A stretch of 64,000 nt of DNA, taken from an uncultured Spirochaetales bacterium. Its GTDB lineage: Bacteria; Myxococcota_A; UBA9160; SMWR01. Positions 1 to 8,079 of this stretch are shown here, in pieces (the first letter of the stretch is position 1; the number at the start of each line of letters is the position of its first letter). The stretch spans positions 7,713 through 71,712 of the forward strand of contig CAZBSV010000078.1 of assembly GCA_964494795.1 (NCBI GenBank), read 5' to 3'. A program made the translations under genes and the position numbers. The notes below the pieces were generated by a model. The model ran no database searches, was not told the DNA's origin, and saw nothing but the letters and a program-made list of their open reading frames with translations.

Positions 1-619
1 CTTCGACAACGTCGTGCACGTCGAGGAAGTCGCGCACGGAGTCGAGGTTTCCGACGCGCAGCACGGGCTCGCGCCGACCGGCTTCGACCTCGGCGATCTG
101 TCGCGCGAAACTCGAAAGCGCGAACGCCTCCGATTGGCCCGGTCCGCTGTGACTGAATGCGCGAATTCGCACGACTTCGAGGCCCTTGCGGGCGAACGAA
201 GTGCCGAGCTGTTCGGCTTGCGCCTTGCTGCTCGCGTACGCGGACGCGGGGGCGAGAGGCGAATTCTCGCTGAACGCAGCCGCGCCCGGGAGCGCGCTGC
301 CATATTGTTCGCCGGAGCCGATCAGCAAGACCCGCGGCTGGCTCGCGCAGCCCAGCGCGCCTTCGAGAACCGAAAGCGTTCCGCCGTAGTTGATGCGGTG
401 CGCGTATTCGGGGTCTGCACTCGCTGCCGCCAGCGAACTCTGCGCCGCGAGGTGGACGAGCGCCTGCGGGAGCGTCTGTTCCAGCTTCGCGCCGACCGCA
501 TCGCGGTCGCACACGTCGAGTTCGCGGTCGGTTGCCGTGACCTCCCAGCCCGCTTCGAGTAGCCGTGGAACCAGGTGTCCGCCGACGAAACCCCGCGCAC
601 CTGTGATCAAGACTCGCAC
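1..619 (-). CDS. NAD-dependent epimerase/dehydratase (extended SDR), 3' end cut by the window edge
   Basis: My own translation of the minus strand from GTG at 619 gives VRVLITGARGFVGGHLVPRLLEAGWEVTATDRELDVCDRDAV..., with a Rossmann GxxGxxG motif. Further on, ...PASAYASSKAQAEQL carries the YxxxK catalytic motif. The frame stays open to position 1. It is absent from the ORF track because there is no stop codon in the window. Confidence 0.8.
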   Translation of the reverse strand, partial: MRVLITGARGFVGGHLVPRLLEAGWEVTATDRELDVCDRDAVGAKLEQTLPQALVHLAAQSSLAAASADPEYAHRINYGGTLSVLEGALGCASQPRVLLIGSGEQYGSALPGAAAFSENSPLAPASAYASSKAQAEQLGTSFARKGLEVVRIRAFSHSGPGQSEAFALSSFARQIAEVEAGRREPVLRVGNLDSVRDFLDVHDVVE

Positions 620-811
620 GCGTCGCAGCCTGCCAGACCCGGGGTCGCGCTGCTAGAGGCCTCGCCGAGCGCGGAGCGCCGTGCGCCGAGCGGTCGCCGC
701 GTCGCGATCGCGGCTTCGGCTTGAGCGCTCGGCGGAGATCGGTGATATTGATCCGATCGAGCCGGCGGGCAAGGGGGCAAGCGCGCAGATGATCCTCGGA
801 GTCTCGGGCCT

Positions 812-1819
812 GTGATCCTCGGAGTCTCGGGCCTGTATGGGGCGGGGAAGGGTGAGGCCGTCCAGTACCTGGAGGCGCGGAGCTTCTACGCGTACTCGCT
901 ATCCGACGTGATCCGCGACGAGTTGGCTCGCCGCGGGCTCGAACCGACCCGAGAGCGGATGATCGAGGCCGGCAACGAAATTCGCGCTTCCGAGGGCCTC
1001 GGCGGAGTCGCCCATCGGCTCGCGGAGTCGCTGGTCGGCGATCGCAACTACGTGATCGACTCGATTCGCCACCCGGCCGAAGTCGAGGCGTTGCGCGCCC
1101 GAACCGCGCATTTCCGACTGCTCTGGATCGATGCCGACGAAGATCTCCGCATGCAGCGGATCCTCGCGCGCGCGCGCGTCGGCGATCCGACCTCGTTGGA
1201 GGCGTTGCGCCAACTCGAGGGCCGCGAGCTCGGCAGCGAGAATCCGGCCGCGCAGCAACTGCTGGCAGTCCGCGAACTCGCGGACGACCGGATCCGGAAC
1301 AACGGGAGCCTCGAAGATCTGCTGCGCGGCGTCCAGGGTGTGCTCGAGCGCAGCTTTTTTTTTGAGCGACCCAACTGGGACGAGTACTTCATGTCGATCG
1401 CGCGGGTCGTCGCGTCGCGCAGCAACTGCGTGAAGCGGAAGGTGGCGGCCGTCATCACGCTCGACAAGCGGATCGTCTCCACGGGTTACAACGGCACGCC
1501 GCGTGGCACGCGCAACTGCAACGAGGGCGGCTGCCCGCGCTGCAACGGCTTTGCGGAAGGTGGCAAGCGCCTCGACGAATGCCTGTGCTCGCACGGCGAG
1601 GAAAACGCGATCACCCAGGTCGCGTACCACGGCTCGGCGATTCGCGGCGCGACGATCTACACGACCTTCTCGCCGTGTCTGATGTGCACGAAGATGATCA
1701 TCAACTCCGGAATCGTCGAGGTCGTCTACAACGCCGATTACCCGCTCGGCGAAGTCGCGCTGGAGCTGCTGCGCGAGGCCGGCGTCAAGGTGCGAAAGGT
1801 GAGCCTGCCCGACGCCTGA
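812..1819 (+). CDS. Fusion protein: N-terminal P-loop nucleotide-kinase-like domain plus C-terminal CMP/dCMP deaminase (zinc-binding)
   Basis: Walker A motif GLYGAGKG at residues 7-14. The C-terminal half has the deaminase motifs CSHGEENAI (H-x-E) and SPCLMC (PCxxC). The GTG start at 812 lies inside a 23-bp tandem duplication. Confidence 0.85.
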   Translation: MILGVSGLYGAGKGEAVQYLEARSFYAYSLSDVIRDELARRGLEPTRERMIEAGNEIRASEGLGGVAHRLAESLVGDRNYVIDSIRHPAEVEALRARTAHFRLLWIDADEDLRMQRILARARVGDPTSLEALRQLEGRELGSENPAAQQLLAVRELADDRIRNNGSLEDLLRGVQGVLERSFFFERPNWDEYFMSIARVVASRSNCVKRKVAAVITLDKRIVSTGYNGTPRGTRNCNEGGCPRCNGFAEGGKRLDECLCSHGEENAITQVAYHGSAIRGATIYTTFSPCLMCTKMIINSGIVEVVYNADYPLGEVALELLREAGVKVRKVSLPDA

Positions 1820-1909
1820 GCGCGCCGCTCGCGCGCGCTTTGGCGAGACGGGCCCGTGCCCGCGCGCGCTTTGGCGAGACGGGCCCGCGCTCGCGCGGTT
1901 GGGCGGCGC

Positions 1910-2329
1910 CTACCACTTTCCCACGTTGGGCATCGATCGCCAGGGTTCGCGTTCGGGAAGCGGATCGCCGCGCTGGAGCAACTCGATCGAAATCCCATCC
2001 GGCGAGCGCACGAACGCCATGTGGCCGTCTCGGGGCGGGCGGCCGATGCCGACACCCGCGTCCATCAAGCGCTGACAGGCGGCGTAGATGTCGTCGACCG
2101 CGTAGGCGAGGTGGCCGAAATTCCGGCCGCCCGCGTAGCTTTCCGGATCCCAGTTGTGGGTGAGTTCGAGCTGCGCGGATTCGTCTCCGGGGGCGGCGAG
2201 AAACACCAGCGTGAACCGGCCCGCTTCGACGTCGACGCGGCGGACTTCCTTCAGGCCGAGCTGCTTGCAGTAGAAATCGAGAGACTCGTCGAGATCGCGC
2301 ACGCGAACCATCGTGTGAAGATATTTCAC
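1910..2329 (-). CDS. gloA: Lactoylglutathione lyase (glyoxalase I)
   Basis: VKYLHTMVRVRDLDESLDFYCKQLGLKEV...ELTHNWD...GHLAYAVDD matches the GloA pattern. The start was trimmed to GTG 2329, which follows an AAGGAG site (revcomp of 2339-2344). The upstream part of track ORF 1910..2698 is Arg-rich junk. Confidence 0.88.
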   Translation of the reverse strand: MKYLHTMVRVRDLDESLDFYCKQLGLKEVRRVDVEAGRFTLVFLAAPGDESAQLELTHNWDPESYAGGRNFGHLAYAVDDIYAACQRLMDAGVGIGRPPRDGHMAFVRSPDGISIELLQRGDPLPEREPWRSMPNVGKW

Positions 2330-2476
2330 GCCTGGCGGCTCCTTGGCCGGGGCACGGGATGCTCGAACCCTGGGGCTGCCAGCGTAGCGGCTCTCGCATG
2401 AGCGGTCGTGCCTACGAGCGCCGCGGCGTCGATTTGAATCGGCGCGATCTGCAGCGGCCGGATACAATTCGCCGCG

Positions 2477-3805
2477 ATGAAGATCCGATTCTGGGGTACG
2501 AGGGGGTCGATCGCGAAGCCTGGACCCACGACGGTTCGCTACGGGGGCAATACCTCGTGCGTCGAGCTGCGAGCCGCGGATGGAACGCTGATCGTTCTGG
2601 ATTGCGGAACCGGTGCGTACGGTCTCGGCAAGGCGCTGACGCAAGGCGGAGAGCTCGCCGCGGGAAACCTGATGATTGGCCACACGCATTGGGACCACAT
2701 CCAGGGCTTTCCATTTTTCGATCCACTGTTCGTCGCGCGTTCGAAATGGACCGTCTACGCACCGGGCGGGGGCGACCGACGCCTGCAGGCCGCTCTCGCC
2801 GGACAGATGGCCTACGAGTACTCACCGATCAACCTGGATTCGCTGATGGCGGATCTCAGCTTTGCGGACCTCACGGAGGGTGTCTTCGAGGTCGGCTCGG
2901 TGCGCGTGACCACGCAGTATCTGAATCACCCCGCGCTCACGTTGGGCTTTCGCTTCGAAGCCGATGGGGCCACCGCAGTTTACGCCTGCGATCACGAACC
3001 GCATTCCCTGCACCCGCTCGGCGCGCCCGCGGGCGCCGAGCCCATCCATCACGAAGACCGGCGCCATGTGAAATTTCTCGAAGGCGCCGACCTGATCATC
3101 CACGACGCCCAGTACACGCTCGCCGATTTTCCCGAAAAAGCGGGCTGGGGACACACGCCGCTCGAGCGCGCGGTCGACTACGCGATTCGAGCCCGCGCCA
3201 AGCGACTGATCTTCACCCACCACGATCCCGATCGAGGCGACGCAGCGGTCGACGCGCTCTGCGCAGCGGCGCGCGAGCGCGCTGCCAGCGCTTCGCACAT
3301 ACCCGAGATCGAGGCGGCCGCCGAGGGAATGCTCGTCGAGCTCAGCGGAGACGCGCGCGCGCGCCGGGGTTCGCTTCCCCGCGACGCGTCCGCGCTGCTC
3401 CCCGTATCGGGGCGCGGGCCGGCCACGGTGCTGATCGTCGACGACGACCCCGACATGGTTCTCTTGCTCGAAACCACCCTGCGCGCAGACGGGATCCGCG
3501 TGATCACCGCGCACGACGGCGAGACCGCACTGAAACAGATTCGCGAGAAGCGGCCTTCACTCGTGCTGCTCGACATGCAGCTGCCGGGTGTCGATGGCAT
3601 GTCGGTCTGCCGGATCCTGCGGGCGGAGACCAATCCCGGTCTTCGCGACATCCCGATCCTGATCCTGACCGGGCTCAAACTCACGGAAGAGGACCTGATC
3701 GACGCATTCGTCGCGGGGGCGACCGATTACCTCACCAAGCCGATCAAACCGACCCTGGTTCGCTCGCGGGTTCGCGGCTGGCTGCTGCGGACGACGTCGC
3801 CCTGA
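2477..3805 (+). CDS. MBL-fold metallo-hydrolase fused to a C-terminal response-regulator receiver (REC) domain
   Basis: HTHWDH (HxHxDH) metal-binding motif in the N-terminal ~300 aa. The C-terminal ~120 aa have the REC signature VLIVDDDPDM...LVLLDMQLPGVDG...TKP. Confidence 0.85.
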   Translation: MKIRFWGTRGSIAKPGPTTVRYGGNTSCVELRAADGTLIVLDCGTGAYGLGKALTQGGELAAGNLMIGHTHWDHIQGFPFFDPLFVARSKWTVYAPGGGDRRLQAALAGQMAYEYSPINLDSLMADLSFADLTEGVFEVGSVRVTTQYLNHPALTLGFRFEADGATAVYACDHEPHSLHPLGAPAGAEPIHHEDRRHVKFLEGADLIIHDAQYTLADFPEKAGWGHTPLERAVDYAIRARAKRLIFTHHDPDRGDAAVDALCAAARERAASASHIPEIEAAAEGMLVELSGDARARRGSLPRDASALLPVSGRGPATVLIVDDDPDMVLLLETTLRADGIRVITAHDGETALKQIREKRPSLVLLDMQLPGVDGMSVCRILRAETNPGLRDIPILILTGLKLTEEDLIDAFVAGATDYLTKPIKPTLVRSRVRGWLLRTTSP

Positions 3806-3836
3806 GCGTCCGATTTGCAAACCTTCAAGTGATTTC

Positions 3837-5768
3837 TCAAGGATTTTCGGCTTCGGAGAGGTGCTGTCGGATCCGCGCGACTGCGGCGTCGAGGTCTCGC
3901 CAGCGCGCACTTGCGAGGTCTTCCGGCGCGACTTCCCGCAGCGCGTCATCGATCTTTGCGAATTCGGCTCCGATGTCTGCCAGCCCATAGGAGCCCGCGG
4001 TCCCGGCGAGCCGGTGCGCGATCTCTCCGGCCTGGCTGAATCTCGCGGGATCTTGCGCTTCGCGCGCCGCGCGCAGCGTTTCGTCCAGCTCGTCGAGCTG
4101 CTCGGGGAGCTTCTCCCGGTAGTTGGCGCGCAGGCCGCGCAGCGCTTCGTCCATCTGTTCGGCGGGCGGTCCACTTCCTCGCTCGATGATCCGCTGCACC
4201 TCGCCCGCCAGTTGGTCCGGGTCGTAGGGCTTGCGCAAGAAACCCGCGAGCCCCTCGTCGGTGAATCGCTGGGCGGCTTCGTCGGGCGCGAAGCCCGTGG
4301 ACAGCAAGACCTTCACGTCGGGTCGGATCGCGCGCAGCGCGCGATAGGTGACTTCGCCGCTCATGCTCGGCATCAACATGTCGAGCAGGACCAGATCGAT
4401 CTGCTCGCTTCGCTCCTCGAAGATGCGGATCGCCGCGGCGCCGCTGTTGGCGAGCAGCACCGAGTAGCCGTAGCTCTCGAGCGACACGTAGACTGCCTGA
4501 AGGATGTAATCGTCGTCGTCCACCACGAGGATGACGCCGTGGCCGGAGAGATCGGTGACGGGCCGCTCCACCGGCGGGCGAACGATCTGATCCGACGCGG
4601 GAAAGACGATGCGGAATTGCGTGCCCTTGCCCGGGCGCGATTTCACCCGGATGCCGCCCTGGTGGCGGTGAATGATGCCGAGGCTCGCCGCCAATCCGAG
4701 GCCCCGGCCCGCCGATTTCGTGGTGAAGAACGGGTCGTAGATCCGCTCGAGCGTCTCGGCGTCCATTCCCGAACCGTCGTCGATCACGTCGAGCGCGACG
4801 CAGCGTCCGGGCTTCAGCGGGCTTCCCGGCGCGAGCTTGCGGATGTCGCTTTCGCTGACGTCGATGGCCTGGGTTTCGATTCGCACGGCGATCTCGCCGT
4901 CTCCCGATTCCGCGGCGTTGACGACCAGATTCATCAGGACCTGATGGATCTGGATCGGGTCCGCGAGAATGGCCGGAAGGCCTTCGGCGAGTCGGAAATC
5001 CAGCGTGGCCCGCGTCCTCACCGAAGTTTCGAGCAGGTCCTGGATTTCGCGCACCTCGGCGCTGAGGTCTCGAGCGAGAACCTGGAACTGGCCCCTGCCG
5101 GCGTAAGCGAGCAGCTGGCCCGTGAGATGCGCGGCGAGTTTGGATCCGCGCACGATTTCGCGCAGGTGCTGCTGGGCGCTGTCGTTTGCCGCGAGCTTGC
5201 GGCGGGCGGTGCCGGCGTTGCTGAGGATGCCGGTCAGGAGATTGTTGAAGTCGTGGGCGATCCCGCCGGCGAGGACGTTCAGGCTCTCGAAGCGCTGGGC
5301 GTCTTGCAATTTATCTTCGAGCGCGCGTCGCTCTCCGAGTTCCGCGGCGCGCGTCGAGAGGCTGCGGCGGATGCTTCGGATCACCGCGACCCACACGACC
5401 AGCAGCACCGCACCGGCGAGGATCGAGAGTGCGATTGCCGTTTCGATGCGCTTCTCGGAGGCGTCGAGGTCCGCGCGCAAATAGGCGTCGAGTGAGTGTG
5501 CCAGCTCTTCGACATCGGCCGTGTCGCGCTGCGCTTCGAGTTTGGCGATCGACGCGGTCAGCCCTTGCAGCCGCTCCTGCTGAGCGCTCGCGCGCTGAAA
5601 GATCTGGTGCGGGCCCCAGAGGCTCCAACCGATCAGGAGCAAGCAGCCGAAGCTGGCGAGCATCCCGAGCGCGAGGGTGCGCGCGAGATCGCGCTCGAAG
5701 AAGCGGCGAAATGGGTTGGGTCGGAGTCGGTTCGAATCGGGCACCTGGGTTCCGGACCGTGAGCGCAA
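3837..5768 (-). CDS. Hybrid sensor histidine kinase (2 TM, HisKA, HATPase_c, REC, C-terminal Hpt)
   Basis: H-box GGIAHDFNNLLTGI; ATPase G-boxes DDGSGMD and GRGLGLA; receiver ILVVDDDD...LVLLDMLMPSMSG; Hpt-like IAHRLAGTAGSYGL at the C-terminus. Confidence 0.9.
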   Translation of the reverse strand: MRSRSGTQVPDSNRLRPNPFRRFFERDLARTLALGMLASFGCLLLIGWSLWGPHQIFQRASAQQERLQGLTASIAKLEAQRDTADVEELAHSLDAYLRADLDASEKRIETAIALSILAGAVLLVVWVAVIRSIRRSLSTRAAELGERRALEDKLQDAQRFESLNVLAGGIAHDFNNLLTGILSNAGTARRKLAANDSAQQHLREIVRGSKLAAHLTGQLLAYAGRGQFQVLARDLSAEVREIQDLLETSVRTRATLDFRLAEGLPAILADPIQIHQVLMNLVVNAAESGDGEIAVRIETQAIDVSESDIRKLAPGSPLKPGRCVALDVIDDGSGMDAETLERIYDPFFTTKSAGRGLGLAASLGIIHRHQGGIRVKSRPGKGTQFRIVFPASDQIVRPPVERPVTDLSGHGVILVVDDDDYILQAVYVSLESYGYSVLLANSGAAAIRIFEERSEQIDLVLLDMLMPSMSGEVTYRALRAIRPDVKVLLSTGFAPDEAAQRFTDEGLAGFLRKPYDPDQLAGEVQRIIERGSGPPAEQMDEALRGLRANYREKLPEQLDELDETLRAAREAQDPARFSQAGEIAHRLAGTAGSYGLADIGAEFAKIDDALREVAPEDLASARWRDLDAAVARIRQHLSEAENP

Positions 5769-5822
5769 TCGGCTCGGGGAGTATACCCACTCGCCCCGCG
5801 CACTCCTGCGCGGTCGGATCGA

Positions 5823-6665
5823 CTACTGGCGCCAGGCTCTGGGGACGCCGTCGCGATTGGCCTCGAGTTCGAGCTCATCGAGCCGCGCCTGGAGTTCGGT
5901 CCGTTTGCGCTCCAGCTCTTCGCGGCGCGATTCATCCACATCCTCTCGATCGCGAAGATAGGCGTCGAGTTGTTCGAGCGAGCCTCGAACTTCACGGAAG
6001 CGCGCCTGCCAGAAATCCTCGCCCAAACTCGGTGTCGTCGCAGCATGATGGCGCGTCAGCGTGATCACGTTTGCAGTCGGATCAACGTGGTACGTGAAGT
6101 TGTTGAAGAAGGCTCCCCCGAGCAATCCGACGTCCATGCTGGGATTCACGGTCGCCATCAAACCTTCGACGCGTGCGCCAGCGAGTTCGACCGAGTCGAG
6201 CCGCACGAGTGGGAGTTCGACCTCTCCATTGGCGGTGTGCATCCGGAGCCGTGGCGTGTTGGGGCCGACCACGATGCCCAGCCTGCTCGCGACCGAGCCG
6301 GGCAGGGAAACGCCACTGGCTCCGGTGTCGATGATGAACGGTACTTCGACGTGGCCGTTCACGATCGCGCTCGCGCGCATCAAGCTGCCGTCGGCGGTGA
6401 AAGGAATCCGGTACGTGCCCGATGCGTTCGACGCCAGCTGGCCAGGGCTCCTGGTATAGGTCTGGAAGTTTCCCTCATTGGCGGGGGGACTCTCGCTGAG
6501 CGCCTGCTTGCGGTAGCGAGGGGGCACCTGCGAGATGCTCTGCGCGAAATGCAGTGTTCCCGCTTCGTCGACCCAGCGGAATACTTCGGACGAGGCGTCG
6601 CTGGTGTGCAGCAGCAACGCGAACAGGCAAATCGCCGCGCGGCGCATCTGGAGCCTCCCGAACAA
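5823..6665 (-). CDS. Secreted DUF4124-like plus retropepsin-like (clan AA) aspartyl protease with a C-terminal coiled coil
   Basis: Signal peptide; FRWVDEAGTLHF (DUF4124-type motif); IIDTGAS aspartic protease active-site motif; charged coiled-coil tail. The start could instead be the internal Met at 6647. Confidence 0.7.
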   Translation of the reverse strand: MFGRLQMRRAAICLFALLLHTSDASSEVFRWVDEAGTLHFAQSISQVPPRYRKQALSESPPANEGNFQTYTRSPGQLASNASGTYRIPFTADGSLMRASAIVNGHVEVPFIIDTGASGVSLPGSVASRLGIVVGPNTPRLRMHTANGEVELPLVRLDSVELAGARVEGLMATVNPSMDVGLLGGAFFNNFTYHVDPTANVITLTRHHAATTPSLGEDFWQARFREVRGSLEQLDAYLRDREDVDESRREELERKRTELQARLDELELEANRDGVPRAWRQ

Positions 6666-6824
6666 GCCTTCCCTGGATCGGCAGAATGGGCTCCGGCTTG
6701 AAGCATCGAAAGCGGGGTCTGCGCGCGCGCTGCGCGCGTTCTGCGCGCGAGTTGCACGCGCGCTGCGCGAAGCGCGCTCAGCGGGCGGCGAAGCTCGCGA
6801 AGAGCGTGTCGAAAGCGCGCGCGC

Positions 6825-7868
6825 TCAACCGAGCAGAACCTCGATCGCACCCGGTTTGCCTCGAACGAGTTCGCCGATCGCGGCTCGCGCGGGGGTGCGC
6901 TTGCGCTGCAACTCGGCGAGCAGGGTCGGCTCGCGTTCGGCGGGCACCGCGATCAGCAAGCCGCCCGACGTCTGCGCGTCGGCCAGGATCAGGCGGTCGA
7001 GCTCGGTGATTCCGTCGCGAAATTGCGTATGTGGTGCGACGTACTCGAGGTTTCGTTTCGTGCCGCCAGGCACCACGCCGGCTGCGGCGAGGCCTCGAAC
7101 GAAGTCGAGGACTGGAACGTCCGACACGCGAATCTGCGCCGCCAGCCCGGACGCCGAGGCGAGGTGATGCAGGTGGCCGAGCAGGCCGAATCCCGTGACG
7201 TCCGTTGCCGCGCGCGCTCCCGCCGCGAGCGCGGCGTCTTTGGCGCCCTTGTTGAGCGTGAGCATCGCGGCGACCGTTTGCTCCAACTCGTCGGCTGTAA
7301 GCCTTGCCTGCTTGATGGCCTGAGCGGCGATTCCGAAACCGAGAGGTTTGGTGAGCACGAGGCGATCGCCTGCCTTGGCGTTCGTCTGCGCGAGGCCTGC
7401 GCCGGGAACCTCCCCGATCACACACAAGCCGTATTTCAACTCGGGATCGAGCACGGTGTGCCCGCCGACGATCGCGCAGCCGGCCTCCGCGGCCTTGTCG
7501 CGCCCACCCCGAAAGATTCGCTCGAGCACCTCCAGTGGCAGAACGTCTTGCGGAAAACCGCAGATCGCGAGTGCGACGCGCGGATCGCCTCCCATCGCAT
7601 ACACATCCGAGAGCGCGTTCGCGGCGGCGATCGCACCAAAGGTTTCCGGGTCGTCGACGATCGGTGTGATGAAATCGACGGTGAACGCAAGCGCCGGACC
7701 GGATTCCGGGCGCAGGAGTGCAGCGTCTGCCATCGCCCCCAGGTTCGGATCGACCCAGGGGTGATCGAAGGGAGCGATGCGTCTCAGGACCTGGACCAGG
7801 TCCTCGGCTCCTAGCTTGCGCGCTCAACCGCCAGCGGGAACGACTGACGTCAGCCGGATTTCGGCCAT
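6825..7868 (-). CDS. selD: Selenide, water dikinase (selenophosphate synthetase), selenocysteine-containing (TGA at 7826-7824 read as Sec)
   Basis: Track ORF 6825..7733 is clearly SelD (DFITPIVDDP, DVTGFGLLGH). Reading on upstream gives ATG 7868, MAEIRLTSVVPAGG-TGA-ARKLGAEDLVQVL..., in frame with Met 7733. The TGA aligns with Cys17 of the E. coli GAGCGCK loop. Confidence 0.85.
7786..7804 (-). promoter_or_regulatory. Putative bacterial SECIS hairpin for the selD UGA
   Basis: The mRNA-sense sequence AGGACCU-GGUCC-AGGUCCU forms a 7-bp stem with a GGUCC loop. It starts 20 nt after the UGA, and the loop contains GGUC as in the E. coli fdhF SECIS apical loop. Confidence 0.55.
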
Positions 7869-7917
7869 GTCAACTCCTCTCGACAACAAGTTGCATTTCG
7901 AATCGACACAGGTCCCG

Positions 7918-8077
7918 GGTCTGGTTCGCTGCGCTGAGTCAAGTTCGTTGGTTCCGCGTCAGGTTCGTTGGTTCCGCGTCAGGTTCGTGGGTCCCGAGTC
8001 AGGTTCGTGGGTCCCGAGTCAAGTTCGTTGGTCCCGCGTCAAATTCGTTGGTCCCGCGTCAGGTTCGTGGGTCCTGC
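7918..8077. repeat. Tandem array of 20-bp units (7 good copies at 7938-8077 plus one degenerate copy)
   Basis: Units GTCARGTTCGTKGGTYCCGM repeat head to tail with no spacers. The array lies between the pyk stop (8080) and the selD start (7868). Confidence 0.95.
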
Positions 8078-8079
8078 CG

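Noticed and set aside
1910-2698. The full 262-aa track ORF as the glyoxalase gene.
   Set aside because: Only the C-terminal 139 aa match GloA. The N-terminal 120 aa are Arg-rich and overlap the start of the MBL-REC gene on the other strand. An AAGGAG site precedes the internal GTG at 2329.
6778-7827. Long antisense or off-frame ORFs from the supplied track (e.g. 6778..7827-, 8467..9543+, 2359..3990+, 26977..28692-, 42642..43973-, 47198..48295-, 54294..55412-).
   Set aside because: They overlap genes that have clear family signatures on the other strand or frame. Their translations are dominated by Arg/Pro/Ala/Gly runs typical of non-coding frames in GC-rich DNA, and none shows a recognisable motif.
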